64,000 bases of DNA from Gemmatimonadota bacterium (GTDB lineage Bacteria > Gemmatimonadota > Gemmatimonadetes > Gemmatimonadales > GWC2-71-9), in assembly GCA_027294455.1 (NCBI GenBank), contig JAPULZ010000109.1, forward strand, positions 13,259 through 77,258. The letters are read 5' to 3'. Positions 1 through 10,921 of this stretch are shown here, piece by piece. The notes beneath the pieces were generated by a model. It did not search any database and had not been told where the DNA came from. It saw only the letters and a list, made by a program, of their open reading frames with translations. Every line of letters starts with the position of its first letter. Position 1 is the first letter of the stretch. Both the position numbers and the translations under genes were made by a program.

Positions 1-118
1 GAGTACCAACGTGATCGTCGACACGATGGTGCACGTGTCGTCCTGGTACGACAACGAGATGGGGTATTCGACGCGGTGCGTCGACCTCATCGACCATGTC
101 GGACGTCAGCTCGACTAA
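1..118 (+). CDS. gap: glyceraldehyde-3-phosphate dehydrogenase, C-terminal end (5' part lies upstream of the window)
   Basis: Frame starting at nt 2 reads [38 protein letters not shown] then TAA at 116-118. The SWYDNE.GYS block is the conserved GAPDH C-terminus. It is followed by pgk and tpiA (classic gap-pgk-tpi order). Confidence 0.85.
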   Translation, partial: STNVIVDTMVHVSSWYDNEMGYSTRCVDLIDHVGRQLD

Positions 119-1304
119 GCGGATCCTCGAGGCCCTTCCCGCCGAGGCCCTCGAAGGCAAACGCGCCGTCGTCCGCGTCGACTTCAACGTCCCGCTGGCC
201 GACGGTGCCGTGGCGGACTACACGAGGATCCGCGCATCGTTGCCGACCATTCGGTGGCTCCAGCGAGCCGGCTGCCGCGTGATCTTGTTGTCCCACCTGG
301 GCCGGCCCAAGGGCCGCGTCCGTCCGGAGTGTTCCCTGCGCCCCGTGGCCGCCGCCCTGGAGGACGAACTGGGCGTTCCCATCACGTTCATCGACGATCC
401 CCCTTCCGAGGACGCGCGTGCGGCGAGCCGCCACCTCAAGCGCGGGGAAATCGCGCTCGTGGAAAACACACGCTTTCTCGAGGGCGAAGAGACCAACGAC
501 CCGGCGGTCGCCGAGGTCTTCGCCTCGCTGGGGGATTTCTACGTGAACGACGCGTTTGGCACCGCCCACCGCGCCCATGCGTCCACCGTCGGCATTGCCA
601 GCCGGTTGTCGCCGGCCGTCGCCGGTTTCCTCATGGCCAAGGAGTTGGAGTTCCTCGGAAGTGCACTGGCCTCGCCCCGGCGGCCATTCGTGGCCGTGAT
701 AGGCGGAGCAAAGATCTCCGGAAAGATCGACGTGCTCGAGGCACTCCTGCCACAAGTCGATCAGATCCTGGTTGGTGGCGCGATGGCGTGTACGTTCTTT
801 GCGGCACTCGGATGCCAAGTGGGGAATTCCCTCGTCGAACCAGCCAAGGTCGAACTCGCCGGCACGTTGTTCGGCCGCGCCGACGGGAAGATCGTCCTTC
901 CGAGTGGCGCCACGATCGCACGAGAGCTCCGCCCGGACGCCCAGACGCGACAGGTGTCGCGGGACGCCATTCCCGAGGGTTGGGCAGTCTACGACCTGGA
1001 TCGAGCCAGTGCGGAATTGTTCGCCGGGATCATCCGTTCGGCGGCGACGGTGGTGTGGAACGGGCCCATGGGCGTGTTCGAAACGCCGCCCTTCGACGCC
1101 GGAACCCGGGCCATCGCCGCGGCCATGGCCGAAGCTACCTCCCGGGGCGCTACCACCATCGTCGGCGGCGGCGATTCCGCAGCAGCTCTCGCACAGGCCG
1201 GCTTGCAGGACGCGGTCACACACGTCTCCACCGGAGGCGGTGCCTCACTGGAATTCCTGAAGGGCAAACCCCTGCCGGGAGTCGCAGCCCTGGACGACGC
1301 ATGA
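96..1304 (+). CDS. pgk: phosphoglycerate kinase
   Basis: 402-aa ORF with an N-terminal [14 protein letters not shown] block and a C-terminal [19 protein letters not shown] block typical of PGK. Sits between gap and tpiA. Confidence 0.95.
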   Translation: MSDVSSTKRILEALPAEALEGKRAVVRVDFNVPLADGAVADYTRIRASLPTIRWLQRAGCRVILLSHLGRPKGRVRPECSLRPVAAALEDELGVPITFIDDPPSEDARAASRHLKRGEIALVENTRFLEGEETNDPAVAEVFASLGDFYVNDAFGTAHRAHASTVGIASRLSPAVAGFLMAKELEFLGSALASPRRPFVAVIGGAKISGKIDVLEALLPQVDQILVGGAMACTFFAALGCQVGNSLVEPAKVELAGTLFGRADGKIVLPSGATIARELRPDAQTRQVSRDAIPEGWAVYDLDRASAELFAGIIRSAATVVWNGPMGVFETPPFDAGTRAIAAAMAEATSRGATTIVGGGDSAAALAQAGLQDAVTHVSTGGGASLEFLKGKPLPGVAALDDA

Positions 1305-2053
1305 CCTCGACTATCTTCGCCGCCAACTGGAAGATGCACCTGGGCCCCGGCGAGACCCGGGCGTTTCTCGACACATTCCTGTCCGGGTACGCTGCCCGGC
1401 CGGACCGCGAGGTGTGGTTCTTCCCGCCCGCCGTCTCTCTCGAGACGGCGGCGCAGCGGGTGACCGACCGGCCGGACATTCGGGTCGGCGCCCAAAATGT
1501 CCACTGGGAGCCCAAGGGGGCGTATACGGGAGAGTCCAGCGTCGGTATGGTGCACGACACCGGGAGCCGCGCGGTCCTGGTGGGGCACTCCGAGCGCAGG
1601 CACGTGTTCGGCGAAACTGATGAGGAGACTGCGCGGAAAGTGCGCGCCGTCTTGGCCACCGGCATGGTGCCCGTGCTGTGCGTCGGAGAAAAACTCGGGG
1701 AGCGAGAGGCCGATCGCACGCTGGAGGTGGTGCACCGCCAACTCGGCGCGTTGGAGGACATCGACGGCCATGGCCTGGACGGCATAGTCATCGCGTACGA
1801 GCCGGTCTGGGCGATCGGGACCGGCGCGACGGCGACACCCGCCGACGCGGCGACGGTCCACGCCGCGATCCGGTCGTGGATGACGGCGCACGGTGCCACG
1901 GCGGCGGCGGTGCGTGTTCTCTACGGGGGAAGCGTGAAACCGGGAAACGCCGAGGAGCTGTTGGCGGAGCAGGAAATCGACGGCGTGCTGGTCGGTGGCG
2001 CGTCGCTACAACCCGACTCATGGACGCAGATCTGTACGGTACCGGTCGATTGA
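1301..2053 (+). CDS. tpiA: triosephosphate isomerase
   Basis: Internal ATG at 1301 (ATGA overlap with the pgk stop) gives [13 protein letters not shown]...VLVGHSERR...IAYEPVWAIGTG...YGGSVKP, the TIM signature blocks. The ORF-track start at 254 is read-through from an upstream stop. Confidence 0.95.
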   Translation: MTSTIFAANWKMHLGPGETRAFLDTFLSGYAARPDREVWFFPPAVSLETAAQRVTDRPDIRVGAQNVHWEPKGAYTGESSVGMVHDTGSRAVLVGHSERRHVFGETDEETARKVRAVLATGMVPVLCVGEKLGEREADRTLEVVHRQLGALEDIDGHGLDGIVIAYEPVWAIGTGATATPADAATVHAAIRSWMTAHGATAAAVRVLYGGSVKPGNAEELLAEQEIDGVLVGGASLQPDSWTQICTVPVD

Positions 2054-2100
2054 CTAGGCCGTTGCGGACCGATATCTTGCGCCTCGATTGAAGGGGCACT

Positions 2101-2445
2101 GTGATGTTCACGCTTTTGATTCTCATCTTGATTCTCGACTCCCTCGTGCTGGCCACGGTGGTGTTGCTCCAGGCCGGCAAGGGCGGTGGCCTTGCCGCCA
2201 TGGGAGGCGGTGCGTCCACCGAGAGTTTCTTCGGCGGCCGGCAGGCTACGACGATCCTCACCAAGCTGTCGTGGTGGTGTGGTGGAATCTTCCTTTTCAT
2301 CTCCCTCGTGCTCTCAGCCATGAGCGCCAGGACAGGGATACCGCGCTCGGTTCTCGACGGGCAGATCCAAACACCGACACCGATCCAGCTCCCGCTGCCG
2401 GCCAACCCGTCGACGGGAGTGCTACGGGACTCAACCGGGAACTAG
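2101..2445 (+). CDS. secG: preprotein translocase subunit SecG
   Basis: 114 aa with a hydrophobic N-terminus followed by LLQAGKGGGLAAMGGG and a second TM segment, the SecG pattern. secG commonly follows tpiA. Confidence 0.85.
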   Translation: MMFTLLILILILDSLVLATVVLLQAGKGGGLAAMGGGASTESFFGGRQATTILTKLSWWCGGIFLFISLVLSAMSARTGIPRSVLDGQIQTPTPIQLPLPANPSTGVLRDSTGN

Positions 2446-2477
2446 CGGCAAAGAAGCGAACACTGAATCCGGCATAC

Positions 2478-3575
2478 GTGTTACTCGAGGATGGCGCGTG
2501 GTTCCCTGGGACCGCCCGCCATCCTTTTTCGTTGACGACGGGCGAGATCGTATTCACGACGAACCTGACCGGGTATCAGGAAGTCTTTACCGATCCCTCG
2601 TACCTGGGCCAACTCGTGGTCATGACGGCGACCATGATCGGCAACTACGGGATCAACGACAGCGACATCGAGTCGGCGTCGGGAAAGGCGCAGGTCTCGG
2701 GCGTCCTGGTGCGGGAGCTGTCCCGCAACCATTCCAGCTGGCGGGCCTCGGGCGCGCTGGATGCGTGGCTGGCCACCCAGGGCATCCCCGTCATCGAGGA
2801 CCTCGATACGCGGCAGATAGCCCGGCACATCCGTTCCAAGGGGGCGATGCGGGCCATCCTGGCCCTGGGCGACGAGCCGGACTCCGAAGCCCGTGACCGG
2901 CTCGATGCGAGCCCCCGGATGGAGGGGCTGGATCTGGCGTCGGCGGCGACCCTCGAGCGTGAGCGGACCGTGGGAGGGGTGGATGCCACCCGCCACGTCG
3001 TGGCGTATGACTTCGGCATGAAGCAAAACATCCTGCGCCTGTTCGAGGCGATGGACTGTCGTGTGACCGTGGTGCCCGCCCATACCCCGGCTTCACGCAT
3101 TCGGGAGATCGCCCCGGACGGGCTGTTCCTGTCCAACGGTCCGGGCGACCCCGCCGCGGTTTCCTACGCCTTCGATCCCATCCGAGAGCTGGCTCGAGGC
3201 GGACTCCCCATTTTCGGCATCTGTTTGGGGCACCAGCTCCTGGCCCTGGCCTTCGGCGCCGAAACGGAGAAGCTGCCCTACGGGCACCGGGGCGGGAACC
3301 ATCCGGTGCGAGAGCTATCCACGGGGAGGGTCCTCATCACCAGTCAAAACCATGGATTTGCTGTCAGGGCAACGAGTAAGGCCACCTCAGATGCGACAGA
3401 GCTTGAGGTGACCCACCTTAACCTCAATGACGGCACGGTCGAAGGGGTGAAGCACCGAAACCTGCCTGTCTTCGGGGTCCAGTACCATCCAGAGGCCTCT
3501 CCGGGCCCTCATGACGCCCGATCCCACTTCGCCGAATTTCTCCAAACCATTGACAGTAAAGAGGTAAGCTCATAA
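2478..3575 (+). CDS. carA: carbamoyl-phosphate synthase small (glutamine amidotransferase) subunit; start uncertain (GTG 2478 or CTG 2463)
   Basis: In-frame sequence LLEDGAWFPGT...TGYQEVFTDPSY.GQ and the class-I GATase block PIFGICLGHQLL...NHGFAV...VQYHPEASPGPHD. The ORF-track start at 2088 overlaps secG and is not credible. Confidence 0.9.
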   Translation: MLLEDGAWFPGTARHPFSLTTGEIVFTTNLTGYQEVFTDPSYLGQLVVMTATMIGNYGINDSDIESASGKAQVSGVLVRELSRNHSSWRASGALDAWLATQGIPVIEDLDTRQIARHIRSKGAMRAILALGDEPDSEARDRLDASPRMEGLDLASAATLERERTVGGVDATRHVVAYDFGMKQNILRLFEAMDCRVTVVPAHTPASRIREIAPDGLFLSNGPGDPAAVSYAFDPIRELARGGLPIFGICLGHQLLALAFGAETEKLPYGHRGGNHPVRELSTGRVLITSQNHGFAVRATSKATSDATELEVTHLNLNDGTVEGVKHRNLPVFGVQYHPEASPGPHDARSHFAEFLQTIDSKEVSS

Positions 3576-3586
3576 TATGGCTCCCC

Positions 3587-3611
3587 CGGCGGCCTGAGAA
3601 TGGGGCCGCCG
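3587..3611 (+). terminator. GC-rich hairpin after carA (possible terminator, no U-tract)
   Basis: CGGCGGCC (3587-3594) pairs with GGCCGCCG (3604-3611) around a 9-nt loop, 12 nt after the carA stop. No T-run follows. Confidence 0.35.
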
Positions 3612-3642
3612 AAACGCTGTCTGTTTAGCATGCCGAGGGCAG

Positions 3643-3984
3643 ATGACCAAGGCCGATCTCGTCGAGAAGGTAACCGCGACGATAGCCCGCACCGCGGGTC
3701 CCATGATCTCGAAAAAAGACTGTGCTCGAGTCGTCGACGCGTTTCTCGACGCCGTGAAGGGCGCCTTGGCCGAACAACACAACATCGAGATCCGAGGTTT
3801 CGGCACCTTCAAGATCCGCAACCGCAAGACCCGCATGGCCCGGAACCCCCGGACGGGGGAGCCGGTGGAGGTGGCGGCCCGGCCGGTCCCGGTTTTCAAG
3901 CCCTCGAAGGAACTGCGGGCCGTCGTGGCACAGGCCCAAGACGCCCCTGCCGCCCCCTCGGCGGGTACGATCCCAGCTCAGTAA
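3643..3984 (+). CDS. HU/IHF-family DNA-binding protein
   Basis: 113 aa. MTKADLVEKV...IEIRGFGTFKIRNRKTRMARNPRTGEPVEV...VPVFKPSKELR is the bacterial histone-like fold with the RNPRTGE arm motif. Has a Pro/Ala-rich C-terminal tail. Confidence 0.9.
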   Translation: MTKADLVEKVTATIARTAGPMISKKDCARVVDAFLDAVKGALAEQHNIEIRGFGTFKIRNRKTRMARNPRTGEPVEVAARPVPVFKPSKELRAVVAQAQDAPAAPSAGTIPAQ

Positions 3985-4041
3985 CACGCCCCCACACCCA
4001 GCTCGCTTCTCGGAGCCGGTGGGTATCGCCCCCGTGGAGGG

Positions 4042-4362
4042 GTGACACGCCCCGAGACCATCGGTACATTGCTGCCTGGTATGCACTTCCGCGACACGAA
4101 CTCCTCCTCCAGCACGTTGCAAGTCACCGTTCGTCCGTTCGCGCGGTATGCGGAGATCCTCGGTTTCGAAGAAGCGACCCTGGAGCTCGACGAATCCGCG
4201 ACGGTGGCCGACGCGGTGGCATTGCTGCGGAAGAGCGCCTCCAACGGCCAGATGCTTCCGGCGCGGCCGCTCGTGGCCATCCATCTCGAGCAGGTCGGGG
4301 CGGACCGCCCCCTGCGGGACGGAGACGCGTTGGCGCTCCTGCCTCCGCTCGCCGGCGGCTAG
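4042..4362 (+). CDS. moaD: MoaD/ThiS-family sulfur-carrier protein; start uncertain (GTG 4042, ATG 4081 or TTG 4117)
   Basis: The ORF ends in ...DGDALALLPPLAGG (C-terminal Gly-Gly). It lies immediately upstream of moaE. Core reads QVTVRPFARYAEILG... Confidence 0.75.
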   Translation: MTRPETIGTLLPGMHFRDTNSSSSTLQVTVRPFARYAEILGFEEATLELDESATVADAVALLRKSASNGQMLPARPLVAIHLEQVGADRPLRDGDALALLPPLAGG

Positions 4363-4365
4363 TTC

Positions 4366-4773
4366 ATGTCGTTTGTCACCAAGACTCGAATCGACGTGAA
4401 CGCGTTGCTGGCCGACGTCGCGGATTCCTCGTTGGGGGGAACCGTGGTGTTTCTGGGGAGCGTGCGCCAGGGCGAGGAGGACGGACCGGTGGTGCAGATC
4501 GAATACACGGCCTACGAGGCCATGGTGGAGGCGGAATTCGGCCGGATCGTCAGCGAGGCGACGCTCCGGTGGCCCGGTTCGCGGGTGACGGCGAGACATC
4601 GTCTCGGCAGCGTGCCCGTCGGTGAACCGAGCATCGCGGTCGTGGCCAGCGCGCCACATCGGGCGGAGGCGTTCGAGGCATGCCGCCACGTGATCGAGGA
4701 AGCCAAGAAGCGCCTGCCCGTGTGGAAAAAAGAGATCTTCGAAGACGGTGCCCACGCATGGCGTGAGCACTGA
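4366..4773 (+). CDS. moaE: molybdopterin synthase catalytic subunit
   Basis: 135 aa. GGTVVFLGSVR...IEYTAYEAMVEAE...SIAVVASAPHRAEAFEACRHVIEEAKKRLPVWKKE matches the MoaE pattern. Adjacent to moaD. Confidence 0.9.
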   Translation: MSFVTKTRIDVNALLADVADSSLGGTVVFLGSVRQGEEDGPVVQIEYTAYEAMVEAEFGRIVSEATLRWPGSRVTARHRLGSVPVGEPSIAVVASAPHRAEAFEACRHVIEEAKKRLPVWKKEIFEDGAHAWREH

Positions 4774-4775
4774 CC

Positions 4776-5255
4776 GTGGGCCTTTCCGTCGTCCTGATCG
4801 AGCCGAGAATCCCTCCCAACATGGGGAACGTGGCGCGCCTGTGCGCGGCCACCGACACCACCCTGCACGTGGTCGAGCCCCTCGGCTTCTCGCTCGATGA
4901 CGACGAGCTCAAACGCGCCGGCCTCGACTACTGGGACAAGGTGGATCTGTGGATCCACTCGTATTGGCGGGAATTCCGGGAGGCCGTTTCGCGAGAACGG
5001 TGTTTATATTTCTCGGCGCACGGCACGCGGTCGTACGTCGAGGCGCCGTTCTCGGGCAACTCGGTTCTCGTGTTCGGCAACGAGACGCAGGGCATGCCCC
5101 AACGCATACGCGACAAGCATGCGGAACGGCTGTTCCGCATACCGATGAAGCCCACTGTGCGCAATCTCAACCTCGCGACGGCCGTCGGCATCGTGTTGTA
5201 CGAGGGCATTCGGCAGATTGCCCTCGACCTTGAAGGCGACGACACGCAACCTTGA
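4776..5255 (+). CDS. trmL: SpoU/TrmL-type tRNA 2'-O-methyltransferase
   Basis: 159 aa. VVLIEPRIPPNMGNVARLCAATDTTLHVVEPLGF..DDDELKRAGLDYW...LVFGNETQG is the TrmL (YibK) pattern. Confidence 0.85.
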   Translation: MGLSVVLIEPRIPPNMGNVARLCAATDTTLHVVEPLGFSLDDDELKRAGLDYWDKVDLWIHSYWREFREAVSRERCLYFSAHGTRSYVEAPFSGNSVLVFGNETQGMPQRIRDKHAERLFRIPMKPTVRNLNLATAVGIVLYEGIRQIALDLEGDDTQP

Positions 5256-5276
5256 CACCTCATTAGGCACTCATAC

Positions 5277-6203
5277 ATGCACAAGATCACGGTAGTGGGA
5301 GCGGGCCACGTGGGAGCGACGGCGGCTCAGCGCCTGGCCGAGAGAGAGCTCGCCGAAGAGATCGTGTTGATCGACGTCGTCGAAGGCATCCCCCAGGGCA
5401 AAGGCCTGGACATGTGGGAGACGGCCCCCGTGGAGGGTTTCGATTCGCGGGTCATCGGCACCAACGATTACGGACCAGCGGCGGGGTCGGGGATATTCAT
5501 CGTCACGGCCGGCATCGCGCGCAAACCCGGGATGACCCGGGACGATCTGCTGAAGACCAACGCCGGCATCGTCAAGTCGGTGAGCGAAGAGATCAAGCAG
5601 TGCGCGCCGGACGCCATCGTGATCGTGGTGTCGAATCCGCTGGACGTCATGGCCTGGGTCGCCAAAGAAGTCACGGGGTTCCCCCGCGAGCGGGTCATCG
5701 GCATGGCGGGCGTGCTGGACACTGCGCGCTACCGCAGCTTCCTGGCCGAGGCCATCGACGTGTCGGTGGAGGACATTCAGGCAATGGTGCTCGGCGGCCA
5801 CGGCGACACGATGGTGCCCCTCGTTTCCTATACCACGGTGTCCGGCATTCCCATCACCCAGCTGATCGATCGGAAGAAGCTGGACGAGATCATCGAGCGT
5901 ACACGAAAGGGCGGCGCCGAGATCGTGGCACACCTCAAGACCGGCTCGGCCTACTACGCCCCCTCGGCCGCGGCAGTGCAGATGGCGGAATCGATCGTCA
6001 AGAACAAACGTCGCATCTTGCCGTGCGCCGCATGGCTCGAGGGCGAGTTCGGCTTGGAAGGGATATACCTGGGCGTGCCCTGCAAGCTGGGGGCATCCGG
6101 TCTCGAGGCGATCATCGAGGTGGAGCTCAACAGCAAGGAACAGATCGCGTTGAACAAATCGGCGGAGCACGTGCGCGAGACGATGTCCGCCGTGAGCCTG
6201 TAA
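5277..6203 (+). CDS. mdh: malate dehydrogenase (LDH-like type)
   Basis: 308 aa. [17 protein letters not shown]...[13 protein letters not shown]...[16 protein letters not shown]...VVSNPLD...GGHGDTMVP. Adjacent to the sdh operon. Confidence 0.95.
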   Translation: MHKITVVGAGHVGATAAQRLAERELAEEIVLIDVVEGIPQGKGLDMWETAPVEGFDSRVIGTNDYGPAAGSGIFIVTAGIARKPGMTRDDLLKTNAGIVKSVSEEIKQCAPDAIVIVVSNPLDVMAWVAKEVTGFPRERVIGMAGVLDTARYRSFLAEAIDVSVEDIQAMVLGGHGDTMVPLVSYTTVSGIPITQLIDRKKLDEIIERTRKGGAEIVAHLKTGSAYYAPSAAAVQMAESIVKNKRRILPCAAWLEGEFGLEGIYLGVPCKLGASGLEAIIEVELNSKEQIALNKSAEHVRETMSAVSL

Positions 6204-6230
6204 CCACACCGCGCGCGAGCACACCGAGCC

Positions 6231-6905
6231 TTGCGACCCGTCCTACGGTTCTACAGCACGTCCATCGGCAAGAAGGCGGTGATGGCCGTGACCGGCCTGA
6301 TCTTGTTCGGCTTCGTGGCCGGACACCTGGTGGGCAACCTCAAGGTGTTCACCGGCGCTGAGAAATTCAATGCGTATGCCGAATTCCTTCGCGAAGCCGG
6401 CGCGCCGCTGTTCGGCCACGGTGAACTGCTCTGGGTGGCACGTATCGGCTTGCTCATCGCACTCGTCCTCCACGTCGTGGCGGCACTCCAACTAGTGTTG
6501 CTGGCGCGGCGAGCCCGTCCGGCCAGGTATCGGCGGGGTGTCCATCTCGAGGACACGTTCGCCTCGCGCACCATGCGCTCCGGTGGCATCGTGATCTTCG
6601 TTTTCGTCCTCTATCACCTCATGCACCTGACCTGGGGCAATGCCCACCCCGCGTTCGTGGCCGGCGACCCCTATGCGAATCTGGTCCGTGGTTTTCAATC
6701 CGTCGGGGTGTCGATTGGCTATATCGTCGCCGTGAGCGTGGTGGGCCTGCACATCTATCACGGTATTTGGAGCTCGCTGCAGACACTGGGCATCAACCAG
6801 GAGCGGCACACGCGCTGGCGGAAGGCCTCGGCGGTCATTGCGGCGCTCATCGTCCTCGGCAACGTGTCGATTCCCGTCGCCGTCCTCACGGGGATGGTGC
6901 GATGA
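6231..6905 (+). CDS. sdhC: succinate dehydrogenase / fumarate reductase cytochrome b subunit (single-subunit anchor)
   Basis: 224 aa, about 5 hydrophobic helices with conserved His residues ([33 protein letters not shown]). Directly upstream of and overlapping sdhA. No sdhD is present. Confidence 0.8.
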   Translation: MRPVLRFYSTSIGKKAVMAVTGLILFGFVAGHLVGNLKVFTGAEKFNAYAEFLREAGAPLFGHGELLWVARIGLLIALVLHVVAALQLVLLARRARPARYRRGVHLEDTFASRTMRSGGIVIFVFVLYHLMHLTWGNAHPAFVAGDPYANLVRGFQSVGVSIGYIVAVSVVGLHIYHGIWSSLQTLGINQERHTRWRKASAVIAALIVLGNVSIPVAVLTGMVR

Positions 6906-8817
6906 ACCCATTGCGATCCAAGGCGCCGTCGGGTCCCATCCAGGACGCCTGGGACAACCACCGCTTCGAGGTGAAGCTGGTGAATCCGGCCAACAAGCGG
7001 AAATACCAGATCATCGTGGTAGGCTCCGGCTTGGCCGGCGCGTCCGCCGCCGCCACGCTGGGCGAGCTCGGCTACAACGTGCGGTGTTTTTGCTTCCAGG
7101 ATAGTCCGCGCCGGGCGCATAGTATCGCCGCGCAGGGCGGGATCAATGCCGCCAAGAACTACCAGAACGACGGCGATTCCGTGTACCGGCTGTTCTACGA
7201 CACGGTCAAGGGAGGCGATTTCCGCTCGCGCGAGGTCAACGTGTACCGGCTCGCGCAGATCAGCGTCGAGATCATCGACCAGTGCGTGGCGCAAGGTGTG
7301 CCGTTCGCCCGGGAATACGGGGGACTCCTCGCGAATCGTTCCTTCGGGGGGGCACAGGTCTCGCGCACGTTCTACGCCCGGGGCCAGACCGGCCAGCAGC
7401 TGTTGTTAGGGGCCTATCAAGCCCTTGAGCGACAGATCGGGGCGGGCAAGGTCGAGATGTTTCCCCGGACCGAGTTGCTCGACGTCGTCGTCATGGAGGG
7501 ACAGGCCCGGGGCATCGTCGTGCGGGATCTCACGACGGGTCGGGTGTATTCGGTGGCCGGCCACGCCGTCGTGCTGGCCACCGGCGGGTACAGCAACGCG
7601 TTCTATCTCTCGACCAACGCCAAGGGATGCAACGTGACCGCCACGTGGCGAGCCCACAAGCGCGGGGCAGCGTTCGCCAACCCCTGCTTCACTCAAATCC
7701 ACCCGACGTGCATACCCCAGTCCGGCGACTATCAGTCGAAGCTGACTCTCATGAGCGAGTCGCTCCGCAACGACGGGCGGATCTGGGTACCGGTGCAGGC
7801 GGGAGACAAGCGGCCGGCCAAGGACATTCCCACGGCAGAGCGGGACTACTATCTCGAGCGATTATACCCCAGCTTCGGCAACTTGACGCCGCGGGACGTG
7901 GCATCCCGCCGTGCGAAGGAAGTCGTGGATGAGGGACGTGGCGTCGGTGAAGGAGGGCAGGGGGTCTACCTCGACTTTCGCGATGCTCTCCAGCGGCTCG
8001 GGCGGCAGGTGATCGCGGAGCGGTACGGCAATCTGCTCGACATGTACAGACAGATCACGGGGGAAGATCCCTATTCCGTGCCGATGCGAATCTATCCGGC
8101 GCCGCACTACACCATGGGCGGTCTCTGGGTGGACTACAACCTGATGAGCACCGTGCCGGGACTCCATGTCATCGGCGAGGCAAACTTTTCGGACCACGGG
8201 GCCAACCGCCTGGGGGCCAGCGCATTGATGCAAGGACTGGCCGACGGGTATTTCATTCTGCCGCATACCATCGGCGATTACCTGGCGCAGGTCGACACCC
8301 AACCCGTCGACACGGATCATCCAGCCTTCGCCGACACCGAGCGCGAAGTGAACGCCCGCATCCAGGCACTCCTCGACGTCGACGGCACCCGGTCGGTGGA
8401 TTCGTTTCACCGCGAGCTGGGACGGTTGATGTGGGATCAGTGCGGCATGTCACGCAACGCCAAGGACCTCACCGATGCGCTCGAGAAGATCCCCGAGCTG
8501 CGTGAGGAGTTTTGGCACGATCTGCGCGTCACGGGGAGCGGTCACGATCTGAATCAGGAACTCGAAAAGGCAGGCCGCGTGACCGATTTCATGGAGTTCA
8601 CGGAATTGATGTGTCGCGACGCCCTCGAACGGGACGAGTCCTGCGGCGGTCACTTTCGCGAGGAACATCAGACCGCCGATGGCGAGGCGATGCGCCGTGA
8701 CGACGAGTTCGCCTACGTGGCGGCGTGGGAATTCCAGGGGGTTGGCAATACACCCACGTTGCATAAGGAGCCGCTGGATTTCGAATACGTGCACCTCGCG
8801 CAGCGGAGCTACAAGTA

Positions 8818-8818
<1 letters not shown>
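6902..8818 (+). CDS. sdhA: succinate dehydrogenase flavoprotein subunit
   Basis: ATG at 6902 (ATGA overlap with sdhC). [19 protein letters not shown]-binding motif, [14 protein letters not shown] (covalent-FAD His region), [10 protein letters not shown]. The ORF-track start at 6767 lies inside sdhC. Confidence 0.95.
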
Positions 8819-9564
<746 letters not shown>

Positions 9565-9655
9565 TCTCCATTCTCTATTCGTAGTTCCCGCTCTTGCCAT
9601 CCTCCGCCCCACCGCTAATTTCCCCCGCCCAAACCCTCTTTCACGGAGTTCTCTC

Positions 9656-10219
9656 ATGGTCACGATCGCTGCATTGTGGCTGCCGATTCTCTTATCTGCC
9701 GTCTTGGTGTGGATCGCTAGCGCCATCGCCTGGACCGCGGCACCGCACCACAAATCAGATTTTCGTGTCATTCCAAACCAGGATGATGTCCTGGACCTCG
9801 TCGGGAGCAAGAACCTGACGCCGGGCCAATATTGGTTTCCCAACTCCAGCGACAGGAAGGACATGGCCAAGCCCGAGATGGTGGCCAAGATGGAAAAAGG
9901 ACCGGTGGGCGTGATGACCATCATGCCAAACGGCAGGCCCAACATGGGCAAGGCCATGGCACTGTCCTTTGTGTTCTACCTGGGCGTCGGCATCATGGTG
10001 GCCTATCTCGCGGGACGCACGATTGCGGCCGGGGCAGAGTATTTGGCCGTGTTCCGGGTAGCCGGCACCGTCGCTTTCGTGGCCCACGTGGGCGCGCTGT
10101 TCCCGGACTCCACATGGTTCGGGACGCCGTGGAAACGAACCTGGAAGAGCGTCGGCGACGGGTTTGTGTATGCGCTGCTGACGGGCGGGGCGTTTGGTGC
10201 GTTTTGGCCGGGGATGTGA
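9656..10219 (+). CDS. hypothetical integral membrane protein (about 4 TM segments)
   Basis: 187 aa. Hydrophobic N-terminal helix, a soluble stretch, then three hydrophobic helices. G/C-rich third codon positions. No family recognised. Confidence 0.6.
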   Translation: MVTIAALWLPILLSAVLVWIASAIAWTAAPHHKSDFRVIPNQDDVLDLVGSKNLTPGQYWFPNSSDRKDMAKPEMVAKMEKGPVGVMTIMPNGRPNMGKAMALSFVFYLGVGIMVAYLAGRTIAAGAEYLAVFRVAGTVAFVAHVGALFPDSTWFGTPWKRTWKSVGDGFVYALLTGGAFGAFWPGM

Positions 10220-10244
10220 CGATTGGTGATTCTAGCAAGAGACC

Positions 10245-10278
10245 GTACGGGCGAGGCACTGCCTCGCCCGTACTTTTT
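10245..10278 (+). terminator. rho-independent terminator between convergent genes
   Basis: GTACGGGCGAGGC (10245-10257) pairs perfectly with GCCTCGCCCGTAC (10261-10273) around a 3-nt loop and is followed by TTTTT. Lies between the 9656 gene (+) and the queD-like gene (-). Confidence 0.75.
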
Positions 10279-10688
10279 CATTCCCCTCGATACTCCACAT
10301 AATTTTGTGGCGTCTCCCACAGCACCAGCTTCTCCAGCTTGGCGGGGAGCCCTCCCTGCAACATCTGCCAGATCACGATCACGATGTTCTCCGCGGTGGG
10401 ATTGAGATCGGCGAATGCGGGAACGTCGAGATTCAGGTTCTTGTGGTCCAGACATGAAATCACCCGCTCCTCGACCAGTCGCTTGATGGTCCCCAAGTCC
10501 GCCACATAGCCCGTCGCGGGATCGACCTCCCCGGTGACCGACACATCCAGCTCATAGTTGTGGCCGTGGTAGTTCGGATTGCTGCACGGCCCGAACACGC
10601 GAAGGTTTTCCTCGTCGGAGAGGGCGGGGTCGTGGAGCCGGTGCGCGGCGCTGAAGTGGACGCGGCGGGTGATGGTCACGATTGGCAT
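10278..10688 (-). CDS. 6-pyruvoyl-tetrahydropterin / 6-carboxy-tetrahydropterin synthase family protein
   Basis: 136 aa. ITRRVHFSAAHRL...GPCSNPNYHGHNY.L.V.V.GEVDP.TGYV.DL..IK...LDHKNLN is the PTPS/QueD signature. PTPS versus QueD cannot be decided from sequence alone. Confidence 0.85.
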   Translation of the reverse strand: MPIVTITRRVHFSAAHRLHDPALSDEENLRVFGPCSNPNYHGHNYELDVSVTGEVDPATGYVADLGTIKRLVEERVISCLDHKNLNLDVPAFADLNPTAENIVIVIWQMLQGGLPAKLEKLVLWETPQNYVEYRGE

Positions 10689-10881
10689 CGTGTGAAGTTA
10701 GGGGACGGCGATGCGAGATTCTAGATTGGGGCGCAGCAGGCCCGGCGCGCCCCTCCGCGCCCCTGTGAATTGCGAGATCGTCGTAACATCCCGGCGGCTC
10801 GTTAACACGCGCTCCGGGGCCATCGGCCTGCGGAGCCCCAATCTGTCTGGAATCGGCACCGCTTGTGCCTCCGGTCACATT

Positions 10882-10910
10882 TGACCACCTCCTATGACGT
10901 TGCTAGATTT
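10882..10910 (+). promoter_or_regulatory. sigma70-like promoter, TTGACC-17 nt-TAGATT
   Basis: -35 TTGACC at 10882-10887 and -10 TAGATT at 10905-10910. The -10 ends 11 nt before the ATG at 10922, implying a leader of only a few nt. Confidence 0.45.
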
Positions 10911-10921
10911 GAACTTACGTC

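Noticed and set aside
254-2053. ORF-track N-terminal extensions that make genes look much longer or fused. The affected ORFs are 254..2053, 2088..3575, 6767..8818, 25209..27554, 27026..27847, 27190..29232, 29019..30647, 33734..34765, 41144..42319, 49254..51278, 57300..59402 and 59472..62702.
   Set aside because: The extensions overlap the preceding conserved gene in another frame. The family-typical N-termini begin at internal ATG, GTG or TTG codons that sit on or next to the upstream stop codon (translational-coupling overlaps). These are not fusions.
10689-10800. Possible preQ1-type riboswitch in the 5' region of the queD/PTPS-like gene (minus strand).
   Set aside because: Reading the minus strand (…CCCCAAUCUAGAAUCUCGCAUCGCCGUCCCCUAACUUCACACG-AUG), I could not form the short P1 hairpin plus A-rich tail of preQ1-I, or any convincing pseudoknot. 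The gene may also be a PTPS rather than QueD.
10855-10870. Sigma-54-like element CGGCAC-N5-GTGC (GG-N10-GC spacing) upstream of the NlpC/P60 gene. It is tempting because rpoN is in the window.
   Set aside because: It deviates from TGGCAC-N5-TTGC at the conserved flanking T positions. A better sigma70-type promoter (TTGACC-17-TAGATT) lies between it and the start codon. GG-N10-GC alone is expected by chance in GC-rich DNA.
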